43,051 nt of DNA from the IMG/VR virus record IMGVR_UViG_3300044504_000043, positions 1-43,051 of that record; one strand, written 5' to 3'. A program made the position numbers and the translations under genes. The DNA comes from a virus. Its lineage: Duplodnaviria; Caudoviricetes. Below the pieces are notes generated by a model. That model saw only the letters and a list, made by a program, of their open reading frames with translations, was not told the DNA's origin and searched no databases. Below are positions 7,732 through 15,456 of the stretch, piece by piece; the stretch's first letter is position 1, and every line of letters begins with the position of its first letter.

Positions 7732-8962
7732 AAGGCGTTTCCTCTGTGAATGTTTGCAGCTGTCCGTTAAAGTGGAATTTCTCAGAGAGATCACCTATTG
7801 CACCTTGACGATTCTTGCCCATGATGAATCTATGATGTGAGTAGTCCATGACCTTCTCGCCATCAACAAACTTCTCAGCTTCTACGGTATGCAGTAATAA
7901 AATAATGTCAGCGTCTTGCTCAATGCTTCCGCTGTCACGTAAATCTGATATTTTTGGAGCGCGATGCTCTTTGTCATTACCGCGATTTAATTGGCTAACC
8001 AGAATTATTGAAATATTCAATTCTTTAGCTAGCTTCTTCATTGCCCGTGTGACCATCCCTAGTCGCTCGTTAGCACTAGTTGCCTCGGGAACTTCAACGA
8101 GTCCAATGTGATCGACTACAGCCACCTTTACGCCATCCTTTCTAGCCCATACTCGGATTTGATTAACAATCTCAGATAATCGGTACTGTTCAACGTTAAA
8201 ATGTATCTGCCAGTCGACTATGCCTTGAGTCCTCATTCCTTCGCTCATCATGCCAAGCGCCATATCGTCAGCTTTGTATAAACCACTTATATTTGCTTTG
8301 CAGGTTGTCGCTATTGAACGCATGCCTAATTCAGCACTGCCCATTTCTAAAGAGCAGATACCAACTGGATCACCATTTCGGGCCATGTTTAACGAGATTT
8401 GCAGTGTTAATGCTGTTTTACCTTGTCCCGTTCTAGCCGCTACGACCATTACGCGAGCAGGTTGTAAGCCGCCCATTTGTCTATCAATGCCATTTAAGCC
8501 GGTTTTTATACCGCTACCGCCTTCGCTTATTTCTTCGATATGAGCAACGGTTGAGCTTATTAACTCCTTGAACGTCATTGATTCGTTTACACGTACTTTT
8601 CTATATTCATCAATTGCACGTTCAAGGTAGGTTGCTGGATCATCTTGGTGTTGAGCTTGTTGCATGGCATGTTGAAAAGCTGTTTCACGATTAGATGAAA
8701 GCATTGCTTTGCAGAAAGGCTCTACGCTTGCACCGTAAGCGCGTTCCGTTGCCATCTCAGCCCATTCAGCGGCATAGTCTGATACTTGTTGCTTAACGTA
8801 GATTAGGGCTGTTGGCATGTCTCTATCGGCTAAAGACTGCATACCTTTCCAGCATTCAGCAGCATGTAAGTCTTGAAAGTCGTTAAAGCTGATTAATTCA
8901 CGAGCGATAAAAAACTGATCAGGGTTATTTAGGATTGTGCCTATTACACGTTGCTCATTCAT
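7721..8962 (-). CDS. dnaB: DnaB-like replicative helicase
   Basis: AARTGQGKT, SLEM, VVDHIGL, SQLNR, DLRDSGSIEQDAD, KNRQG. Confidence 0.95.
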   Translation of the reverse strand: MNEQRVIGTILNNPDQFFIARELISFNDFQDLHAAECWKGMQSLADRDMPTALIYVKQQVSDYAAEWAEMATERAYGASVEPFCKAMLSSNRETAFQHAMQQAQHQDDPATYLERAIDEYRKVRVNESMTFKELISSTVAHIEEISEGGSGIKTGLNGIDRQMGGLQPARVMVVAARTGQGKTALTLQISLNMARNGDPVGICSLEMGSAELGMRSIATTCKANISGLYKADDMALGMMSEGMRTQGIVDWQIHFNVEQYRLSEIVNQIRVWARKDGVKVAVVDHIGLVEVPEATSANERLGMVTRAMKKLAKELNISIILVSQLNRGNDKEHRAPKISDLRDSGSIEQDADIILLLHTVEAEKFVDGEKVMDYSHHRFIMGKNRQGAIGDLSEKFHFNGQLQTFTEETPYGY

Positions 8963-9669
8963 TAGATTTGTCTCCGCTTAGCTTCTTGCGGTTGACTAAA
9001 GCTATTACCACCAGAGTTAGGGCTTATAATCCACTCGTGATTTATTGATAACCAGCTCTTTTCAATAGCTCGAGTAATTGCTACGTTTTTAGGTATGCCA
9101 GCTAATACACATTTATCAAGTTGGTTATGTAATGCTTTTAATGCAGTAGGAGAATTAACTGCTTTTTTTGTTTTTCTAACCTGCATCCATTCAGCCCATT
9201 TTTCAGGATCAATATCAGCAGGTAATTTAGGCTTAGAAGCCGTTACAGGTTTAATCTTATCTTCTCTCTTCTCTTCTCCTCTTATCTCCTCTGTAGCCGT
9301 TACTTCTCCGTTACGTAACGCGTTACGTTTGTTATTTTCTCTGTAACGCCTTTGTCTATCAGCGTTTGAGCTATCAGCATCAGAACGCATTTGACGTTTA
9401 TTCCATGAAATAGGTTGCCAATTATCATCAATCAAATCAGAGGCAATTAAACGCTTTTTAACATCAAGAATAATCGCGTAATCTACCCATAATTTTTGGG
9501 CGACAATTCGGTCTAAAATATGTGATTCACAAACTTGATCTGTAACGCCTTCACTTTTTAGTGCAAGTATTGCAATGAAGTGTCTTTGATCTTCAAAAGC
9601 AAGTGCAATCATCTTAGGATCATTAAGAAAGTCTGTGTACATGCGAAACCAAGGCATAGGCTTATTCAT
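8962..9669 (-). CDS. Phage replication initiator (lambda O-like)
   Basis: MPWFRMYTDFLNDPK N-terminus, ADRQRRYRE linker, WAEWMQVRK C-terminal domain; upstream of DnaB. Confidence 0.85.
   Translation of the reverse strand: MNKPMPWFRMYTDFLNDPKMIALAFEDQRHFIAILALKSEGVTDQVCESHILDRIVAQKLWVDYAIILDVKKRLIASDLIDDNWQPISWNKRQMRSDADSSNADRQRRYRENNKRNALRNGEVTATEEIRGEEKREDKIKPVTASKPKLPADIDPEKWAEWMQVRKTKKAVNSPTALKALHNQLDKCVLAGIPKNVAITRAIEKSWLSINHEWIISPNSGGNSFSQPQEAKRRQI
9241..9348. repeat. Putative replication origin: CGTTAC/GTAACG iterons plus polypyrimidine tract
   Basis: CGTTAC at 9241, 9298, 9309, 9321; GTAACG at 9315, 9343; C/T-rich tract about 9255-9292; inside the initiator gene as in lambdoid phages. 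Confidence 0.65.
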
Positions 9670-10013
9670 ACAGCCACCTCTAGCGGATAGTCGCTCATAT
9701 CGTATCTAACAGCTAATGTAGGGTGATTCTTTTTAGCCCATGACCATCTAGCATGAAAAGCAAGGATTAAACACTCGTATTCATAATGCTCACCAAAATA
9801 CCGTTGTTTATCCATATCAAATCCAGCTTTATTCAAACCGTCTAATTCAAGTCTGAATACCACTTCTGGCATTCTTAGCTGTTTAAGCTCAATAGCTTGT
9901 TCAATAGGTGATGATGCGATTGCAGTCTCAAGCTCTTTCTTTGCTCTTGCGTAACCGACTTGATCTGATTCGTTAGCTATTGCTAATTTATATTTGTGTA
10001 TATCAAAGTTCAT
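9666..10013 (-). CDS. Hypothetical protein (between cro and initiator)
   Basis: AAGGA RBS; ATGA-coupled to the initiator. Confidence 0.65.
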   Translation of the reverse strand: MNFDIHKYKLAIANESDQVGYARAKKELETAIASSPIEQAIELKQLRMPEVVFRLELDGLNKAGFDMDKQRYFGEHYEYECLILAFHARWSWAKKNHPTLAVRYDMSDYPLEVAV

Positions 10014-10038
10014 GTGATATTATTTCCTTGTATTAATG

Positions 10039-10083
10039 AATACCGCACGAGAGTTAGTAGCTCCATGACTGCGGTATTTTTTT
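10039..10083 (+). terminator. Intrinsic terminator-like hairpin, antisense to the cro operon
   Basis: AATACCGCA...TGCGGTATT followed by a T run. Confidence 0.55.
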
Positions 10084-10112
10084 GTCTAAAATTCAGGTTA
10101 GACATTCCTGTT

Positions 10113-10304
10113 TTACTTCTTAACTTTCTGATCGCAACAAGGGCAGACACCAACAACCCTCATTGCTTTTCTGGCCTTAACCATCCCAAACTCACGGCGA
10201 CCAGCAATAACCCCATAGAGTGTCGGCTTGGTAATAATCCCGTTTTCTATCAGCTTATTAATGCCGTACTTTTTAACTGCTTCTATAAAATTATTTATTT
10301 TCAT
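10113..10304 (-). CDS. cro: Cro-like HTH protein
   Basis: 63 aa, ITKPTLYGVIAGRR helix; divergent from the repressor. Confidence 0.65.
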   Translation of the reverse strand: MKINNFIEAVKKYGINKLIENGIITKPTLYGVIAGRREFGMVKARKAMRVVGVCPCCDQKVKK

Positions 10305-10310
10305 GCGTAA

Positions 10311-10339
10311 AGTTTACTCTAACAAAACATTTAGTGCAA
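10311..10339 (-). promoter_or_regulatory. PR-like promoter with overlapping operator (GTTTACTCTAAC, 10312-10323)
   Basis: Minus strand TTGCAC-N17-TAAACT, 6 nt before the cro ATG. Confidence 0.75.
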
Positions 10340-10400
10340 GATAACATATTGAATAAGTTTTGGTAAATAAAACTTGATATTGTATTGTGCTGGCCTTATA

Positions 10401-10429
10401 TTGTTTACTATGAATAAACTATATAAACT
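10401..10429 (+). promoter_or_regulatory. PRM-like promoter for the repressor
   Basis: TTGTTT-N17-TAAACT, 7 nt before ATG 10437. Confidence 0.6.
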
Positions 10430-10436
10430 TATCTTC

Positions 10437-10751
10437 ATGGAAGAAGAATGGTATAAAAAAGCTAAACGGCTCTTTAGGGAGCGTAAGATCTCACAAGATA
10501 AAATTGGGATCAGGCTTGGTGTGGAAAAAGCATCTGTTAGCCAGAAGCTAAACGGAAAGCGCACTACTACTATAGATGAAGTAATTATTATGGCTGACAT
10601 GCTTGGAATGAGTATGGATGAGCTATTAAGTGACGATCCTAAATACACCAGGAATAAGCAGGACTTAGAGATAATAAGTAAGCTTCGATCTATTTCTGAT
10701 GCAGACTTTCAAGTCTTTAGCAAGATGATTAATTCACTTAGTAACGACTAA
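10437..10751 (+). CDS. cI: CI-like XRE repressor without S24 autoprotease domain
   Basis: ISQDKIGIRLGVEKASVSQKLNGKR HTH; 104 aa from MEEEWYKK; divergent from cro. Confidence 0.85.
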   Translation: MEEEWYKKAKRLFRERKISQDKIGIRLGVEKASVSQKLNGKRTTTIDEVIIMADMLGMSMDELLSDDPKYTRNKQDLEIISKLRSISDADFQVFSKMINSLSND

Positions 10752-10761
10752 TTGCCAATTG

Positions 10762-10808
10762 TGTGACTAAGATCACGTATTGACCAAAATAACCTTTACT
10801 GCTACGCT
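10762..10808 (+). promoter_or_regulatory. CRP-like box plus sigma70 promoter
   Basis: TGTGA-N6-TCACG (10762-10777); TTGACC-N17-TACGCT with extended TG. Confidence 0.5.
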
Positions 10809-10846
10809 CGAATATCAAACCAATTGATATATAGGGATATGCAGCC

Positions 10847-10999
10847 TTGCTTTCTAACAAAAAACAATCAAATGCGCCTCAATTAGAACGGGCGCTACTA
10901 ACCGACGATGAAAAAAACATCTTAGAAAAAATAAACGCACTGCCAAAGTCAAAGCTAAAACTGGCAATCAAGTCACTCAATAAATTTACAAGCATATAA
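10847..10999 (+). CDS. 50-aa peptide resembling a repressor C-terminal helical domain
   Basis: Not in the ORF track; TTG start after AGGGA; MLSNKKQSNAPQLERALLTDDEKNILEKINALPKSKLKLAIKSLNKFTSI. Confidence 0.6.
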   Translation: MLSNKKQSNAPQLERALLTDDEKNILEKINALPKSKLKLAIKSLNKFTSI

Positions 11000-11054
11000 G
11001 AGCTACTATCTAATAATTAACACCTAATAATTAGATAGTAACCCGCAATTAAAT

Positions 11055-11076
11055 CCCGCCTCGTGCGGGTTTTTTT
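11055..11076 (+). terminator. Intrinsic terminator ending the immunity region
   Basis: CCCGC-ctcgt-GCGGG followed by T7. Confidence 0.85.
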
Positions 11077-11093
11077 GTGCCCGTGAAAATAAA

Positions 11094-11146
11094 GTTTACT
11101 TAAACAAAATATTTTCCTTGCATTGTTTGTTTCGTTACCGTAAACT
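11094..11146 (+). promoter_or_regulatory. PL-like promoter with two operators
   Basis: TTGCAT-N17-TAAACT (11118-11146); GTTTACTTAAAC (11094-11105) and GTTACCGTAAAC (11134-11145) are near matches to the palindrome GTTTACGTAAAC. Confidence 0.75.
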
Positions 11147-11180
11147 TATCACAAGTTCAAAAACAAACGGGAGAGACAAG

Positions 11181-11348
11181 ATGTACGAATCAAGAATTAC
11201 AAAAAACCAAGACAACAGCTTCTACGCAATTATCGTAAGGATTGATAAAGACGGTTTTGAAAATGTCATTCACGGTTACAAAGGTCGTCATTTTGCTTCT
11301 GAAAAAGCAGCAATCAAATCTACATCAAACTACATAGCGAAGGTGTAA
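11181..11348 (+). CDS. Hypothetical protein, first PL-operon gene
   Basis: GGGAG RBS; start MYESRI. Confidence 0.7.
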   Translation: MYESRITKNQDNSFYAIIVRIDKDGFENVIHGYKGRHFASEKAAIKSTSNYIAKV

Positions 11349-11351
11349 GAC

Positions 11352-11489
11352 ATGCAACCAACAATCGAAACCAAAACATATAAAGCAGAAAGCGGATCTG
11401 AATATATCGCCACTATGTTAAAGGCAATCTTTGTTATCTGTTTCTTTGCTTATTTAGGTGCTTATATCGCTTTGGAGGTTTTAGCATGA
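11352..11489 (+). CDS. Small membrane peptide (45 aa)
   Basis: Not in the ORF track; C-terminal hydrophobic AIFVICFFAYLGAYIALEVLA; ATGA overlap. Confidence 0.6.
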   Translation: MQPTIETKTYKAESGSEYIATMLKAIFVICFFAYLGAYIALEVLA

Positions 11490-11755
11490 TTCTTTTAGCT
11501 AAAAAATCACAACCAGACTACGTTGATTATCAAACGGTAATAACAATAGGTTCTTGCGAATATGAAGCCTTTGTTGATTTTGATTATAAACGTAACTTCC
11601 CTTATGAAGATGATGATATTGAGTTCAAATCAGTAATGATTGACTTAGGCGAAAACGGTACATGGTGGACATTGCCAGCAGAGATGGTCAGCAGAATAAG
11701 CGACAAATCAAAACATGATTTAGTGCTAGCTATTAATGACGTGGATAACTTCTGA
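11486..11755 (+). CDS. Hypothetical acidic protein
   Basis: GGAGG RBS; coupled ORF. Confidence 0.65.
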   Translation: MILLAKKSQPDYVDYQTVITIGSCEYEAFVDFDYKRNFPYEDDDIEFKSVMIDLGENGTWWTLPAEMVSRISDKSKHDLVLAINDVDNF

Positions 11756-11850
11756 TGAACAACATCAAAGACCTACTAATCAGCATGGCTTGGTCGGCAT
11801 TTATCACGACCGTTATCGTTCTAGGATTAATTGTAGAGGCATCGTTATGA
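11755..11850 (+). CDS. Small membrane peptide (31 aa)
   Basis: MNNIKDLLISMAWSAFITTVIVLGLIVEASL; TGATG and ATGA overlaps. Confidence 0.55.
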   Translation: MNNIKDLLISMAWSAFITTVIVLGLIVEASL

Positions 11851-12020
11851 AAGAGCATAAATACAAAGTATCACTTTACATTTCAAATCAAGAAGTAATT
11901 GTTTACGAAATTAAAGCGGCGGAATCAGAGATGCACGCTAAAAGCCTAGCAAGACAAGCATCTGTAAAGGCTGGCGATAAGTTCGCTGATAAAATAGAAG
12001 TAGAACAAGTAACAGCATAA
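11847..12020 (+). CDS. Hypothetical protein
   Basis: Likely start MKEHKY with GAGG RBS. Confidence 0.6.
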   Translation: MKEHKYKVSLYISNQEVIVYEIKAAESEMHAKSLARQASVKAGDKFADKIEVEQVTA

Positions 12021-12042
12021 ATTAACTTAAGGAGTTAATGAT

Positions 12043-12192
12043 ATGACTATAAAGGATGATTACGCGGCTGGTTATTTCGCCGCCTTAGTAGGCCATGAAG
12101 ATGATGGAAGTCACTCAGCCTTTTGGAGTGAGGGTTATCTTGAGGCGGTAAATTCTAAGAAGAATGACGATGATACGGGGAGTAAATCATGA
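12043..12192 (+). CDS. RMF/CrpP-fold-like small protein (49 aa)
   Basis: Not in the ORF track; TAAGGAG RBS; YAAGYFAALVG...FWSEGYLEA. Confidence 0.55.
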   Translation: MTIKDDYAAGYFAALVGHEDDGSHSAFWSEGYLEAVNSKKNDDDTGSKS

Positions 12193-12386
12193 GACTTTTT
12201 ACATACAAAGAAAATGAAGTTTTCCACTCGCTATTTGTAGAGGCTCAACAGCAAGACTTTAAGGAGGGCGTTAAGGATTGCAAGCAAGGATGGTCGCCTA
12301 AGCATAATGCCAGTAAAAGTTATCTTGATGGCTACGGTGAGCAATACGAGCGTGAAGAAAAGCAATCAGCAGGAGTATATAACTAA
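12189..12386 (+). CDS. Small protein with RMF-like Gly/aromatic pattern
   Basis: GGGGAG RBS; FKEGVKDCKQGWSP...SYLDGYGE. Confidence 0.5.
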   Translation: MRLFTYKENEVFHSLFVEAQQQDFKEGVKDCKQGWSPKHNASKSYLDGYGEQYEREEKQSAGVYN

Positions 12387-12991
12387 TGAAAACATCAGAA
12401 TTAATTAACGAGCTGGCAACGGCTTTGAGTAAGGCGCAATCAGTAATGACAGGCGCTAAAAAAGGCAGTGACAACCCTTTTTTCAAATCAAAATACAGTG
12501 ACCTTTCAGAAGTCATGGAGGCTATCAGTGAACCGTTTGCTGATAACGGTCTGTGCTTTGTGCAGGGTGCTGAATTTGAAGATGGGCGTGTTGCTGTTAC
12601 TACTCGCATTATGCATACATCAGGGCAGTGGATTGAAGCTGTAACTGCTCTTCCTCCCACCAAGAACGATGCACAAGGTTATGGCTCGGCTATTAGTTAC
12701 GCTAAGCGTTATGGCCTTCAAGCATTGGCGGGCGTTCCTAGTGTTGATGATGACGGTCAAGACGCTGTGAAGCATAAAGCAGATAAGCCAGCAAGTGTCG
12801 CCAGGATAACAAGACTACAGGCTGATTTAATTATAGATTTACTCGAATCAACCAGTACGGATAAAGATAAGTTTCTTGGTTTCTTTGCTAAAAAATCAGG
12901 CATTGATATTCATGCAGTATCTGAATTGCCAGTTGATGCATTTACAGCGGCTAAGAAGATGCTAGAAGATAAATTGCAGGTGGCAGCATGA
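12386..12991 (+). CDS. erf: ERF-family ssDNA annealing protein
   Basis: NPFFKSKYSDL...HTSGQW...QGYGSAISYAKRYGL...DDDG. Confidence 0.93.
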   Translation: MKTSELINELATALSKAQSVMTGAKKGSDNPFFKSKYSDLSEVMEAISEPFADNGLCFVQGAEFEDGRVAVTTRIMHTSGQWIEAVTALPPTKNDAQGYGSAISYAKRYGLQALAGVPSVDDDGQDAVKHKADKPASVARITRLQADLIIDLLESTSTDKDKFLGFFAKKSGIDIHAVSELPVDAFTAAKKMLEDKLQVAA

Positions 12992-13818
12992 ACGTCTTAA
13001 ACCTGGCTCAAGGTTCAAGTGAATGGCTTGAAGCTAGAAAAGGCACGTTTACAGCATCGCTAGCCCCGTCAGTAATGGGCGACGGTTATGACTCAAGAGA
13101 TAAAGCTATGCGTTATTTTTTGGGGATTGAGAAAAAAGAGATCTCCAATTATTTGCAATCAATGTTTGATGCAGGCCATGAGGCAGAAGAAAAAGCGCGA
13201 CCAGTTGCAGAGGATTATATCGGCAAGCCATTAAGCCCGTTAGTAGGCATTAAAGAGGTTCACGGTATGAAGTTATTAGCTAGTTTTGACGGTATTGACT
13301 TTGATAGCTCGGTTGTTTGGGAGTGTAAAAATACCTCCAAAACATTCGATGAAGTACCAATGCTTTATATCTGGCAGATGGAACACCAGATGATTGTATC
13401 AGGTGCTAAAGATGCTGTTTTAACAGTGGTATCTCGTAACGATGGTGCATTACGTCACTATGACTATCAGAGTAAGCCAGAACGCCAAGAGCAGCTTATT
13501 GATGGCTGGAAGCAATGGCAGAAAGATATTGAAAGCTATGAGCGAACCGATGCTGAATGGCTGGAACTGGCAAATAGTTATAAGCACATAAAAGACCATA
13601 TCGAGACGCTTACTAAAGAGCAAAAAGAAGTGACGAAAAAGCTACAAGTATTAGCAGGCCATCAGTCAGCAGTTGGTGGTGGCGTAAAAGTATCGGTATC
13701 AGAATCATGGGAACGAAAAGAAACGCCAGCGGCTTACATTAAGGCTAACGGCATTGTGTTGGCAACAACAAAACTAGATACGCCTGAATATGGCTATCGT
13801 ATAACAGTGAGTAAATAA
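12988..13818 (+). CDS. YqaJ-like (lambda exo family) exonuclease
   Basis: QGSSEWLEARK..TAS, GHEAE, ASFDG, ECK, QMEHQM. Confidence 0.9.
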   Translation: MNVLNLAQGSSEWLEARKGTFTASLAPSVMGDGYDSRDKAMRYFLGIEKKEISNYLQSMFDAGHEAEEKARPVAEDYIGKPLSPLVGIKEVHGMKLLASFDGIDFDSSVVWECKNTSKTFDEVPMLYIWQMEHQMIVSGAKDAVLTVVSRNDGALRHYDYQSKPERQEQLIDGWKQWQKDIESYERTDAEWLELANSYKHIKDHIETLTKEQKEVTKKLQVLAGHQSAVGGGVKVSVSESWERKETPAAYIKANGIVLATTKLDTPEYGYRITVSK

Positions 13819-13819
13819 C

Positions 13820-14182
13820 ATGAGCAAAATAGGCGTAAGTTTTAGAGTAGACGTAACAAAAATTGACAAATCTCGACTATTTAAAGGTGGGAAAGGCACT
13901 TATTTAGACTTAACTGGCTTTATTGATTTAGACCTACAAGACCAATATGGTAATAACGGTTTTATCAGCCAGTCAGTAAATAAAGAAGAGCGCGAACAAG
14001 GCATTCAAACGCCGATACTTGGCAATAGCAAGGTGTTCTTTAAAGATGGTGGACAGTCACAGCAACAAGGCTATAAACCACAGCCAGCATCACCAAGTGC
14101 AGGGCCTGATTATGGTCAGGGCGGTGAGTCATACGAGGACGACGTGCCTTTTGCCCCGCACGAGAAAAACAGCATCATTTAA
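13820..14182 (+). CDS. Putative single-stranded DNA-binding protein
   Basis: DVTKIDK..LFKG.KGTYL, DQYGNNGFI, PILGN; Q/G-rich linker and EDDVPF tail; follows the recombinase pair. Confidence 0.7.
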   Translation: MSKIGVSFRVDVTKIDKSRLFKGGKGTYLDLTGFIDLDLQDQYGNNGFISQSVNKEEREQGIQTPILGNSKVFFKDGGQSQQQGYKPQPASPSAGPDYGQGGESYEDDVPFAPHEKNSII

Positions 14183-14194
14183 GGTTTCATACAT

Positions 14195-14293
14195 GAGCCG
14201 CACACGACTCCTTGCCTAGTGCTTGACGGGTTAAAGCGGTATCAAGTGAGTTGCAAAGCCGACTGTAATAGTCCCACCTTGTTGGGGAGCTTT
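14195..14293 (+). ncRNA. Candidate structured RNA in the ssb-dam spacer
   Basis: Hand-folded stems CGACTC/GAGTTG, GCTTGA/TCAAGT, AAAGC/GCTTT, GACT/AGTC; possible pseudoknot GCCGC/GCGGT. Confidence 0.35.
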
Positions 14294-14311
14294 ATTAACT
14301 AAGGAATATTT

Positions 14312-14893
14312 ATGGCATCACAACAACAAGTGAGTAATACCCCGCTTTCACTACGGGACAGATTAAGAACGCCGGATTATTTATTTAAATGGGCAAATGA
14401 ACGGTTTATGTTTGACGTTGATTTAGCCGCAGACGTGGAAAGCCGAAAATGCTCTGTTTATATAGGTGAGGAAAGTGACTCTTTATATATGCCTTGGGCG
14501 AAATGCTACCAATCAGGATGGTGTAACCCTCCTTATTCATCGCCTAAAAAATGGCTAAAAAAAGCATGGGAAGAGGCTCAGCAAGGCTTTAATTCTGTGT
14601 TCTTAATCCCTACGCCAAATGGCGAAGATTTATACCGCGATCATGTTTTTGGCAAGGCTAGCGAAGTAATTATGATTAATGGTCGAATTTCTTTTATAGC
14701 GCCGGAAGATTTTACCGTAAAAGGCAAAAAGGGGAAGGATGGCAAGCCTGACACGCCAGACAAGCACTTTAAGAAAGGCGATGAAATGACGGGCAATACA
14801 CGTGGATCATGCCTAGTTGTTTATAGCAGAAGATATGAAGGTCAAACGCTAATGTCTTGGGTTAATCGTGATGACATGAAGGGATCTAAATAA
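14312..14893 (+). CDS. dam: Phage N6-adenine DNA methyltransferase (Dam-like)
   Basis: RTP, FDVDLAA, WCNPPYS, GRISF. Confidence 0.9.
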   Translation: MASQQQVSNTPLSLRDRLRTPDYLFKWANERFMFDVDLAADVESRKCSVYIGEESDSLYMPWAKCYQSGWCNPPYSSPKKWLKKAWEEAQQGFNSVFLIPTPNGEDLYRDHVFGKASEVIMINGRISFIAPEDFTVKGKKGKDGKPDTPDKHFKKGDEMTGNTRGSCLVVYSRRYEGQTLMSWVNRDDMKGSK

Positions 14894-14979
14894 TGACTAA
14901 ATTCGAACAAGCAAAACGCAGTGCAGAGCTTCGATTGATGCGTGCATTAATTAAGGAGCTGGAGTGGAATTATGAATAA
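14893..14979 (+). CDS. Small peptide (28 aa)
   Basis: TAATG overlap; MTKFEQAKRSAELRLMRALIKELEWNYE. Confidence 0.45.
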   Translation: MTKFEQAKRSAELRLMRALIKELEWNYE

Positions 14980-15265
14980 ACAAGATGCAATTATCTACAC
15001 GGTCGATGATGAAGCCGGAACAATGAAATATTGGAGCGATAAAACAGGTATACACGTACCAACACTGCATTATCGAGTAATAACAAAAGGCATGACAATG
15101 AAGCAAGCAATAGCTAAAAAAGTCAGGGTTTATGCAGACAGTGATTTAAAGGCTAAGGAGCTAAGTACGCCAGCTGATGCGCATGTACTTGTTTTAGTTT
15201 GGAATAATCTAATAATGAGCATGAGCGAGCAAGAAGCATTTAAACGTATAGGGAGTTATGTATGA
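14972..15265 (+). CDS. HTH DNA-binding protein
   Basis: TMKYWSDKTGIHVPTLHYRV..KGMTMKQAI. Confidence 0.65.
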   Translation: MNKQDAIIYTVDDEAGTMKYWSDKTGIHVPTLHYRVITKGMTMKQAIAKKVRVYADSDLKAKELSTPADAHVLVLVWNNLIMSMSEQEAFKRIGSYV

Positions 15266-15456
15266 AAGCAGATAATAATAAACGCCTAGACCAACTAGCC
15301 AAACGAATCACTGACTTAGAAAACGAAAACGCATGGATGAAACGCGAAATGAAATCAGGAATGCAAAGCGTGATAGAGCGAATGATACGCAATAAGTTTG
15401 AAGTTGATGTGCATGAAAAATCAACAGATGACCAGCTTAAGGAGTTAATGCAATGA
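15262..15456 (+). CDS. Hypothetical coiled-coil protein
   Basis: GGGAG RBS; ATGA-coupled. Confidence 0.6.
   Translation: MKADNNKRLDQLAKRITDLENENAWMKREMKSGMQSVIERMIRNKFEVDVHEKSTDDQLKELMQ

Noticed and set aside
10331-10648. Minus-strand ORF across cI, and the extended cI start at 10374
   Set aside because: The ORF is an antisense shadow, and the extension runs through the promoter/operator region
14195-14253. HDV-like/theta ribozyme or SAM riboswitch
   Set aside because: The P1-like pairing is imperfect, and P1.1/P3 and riboswitch cores were not found; kept only as an unclassified candidate RNA
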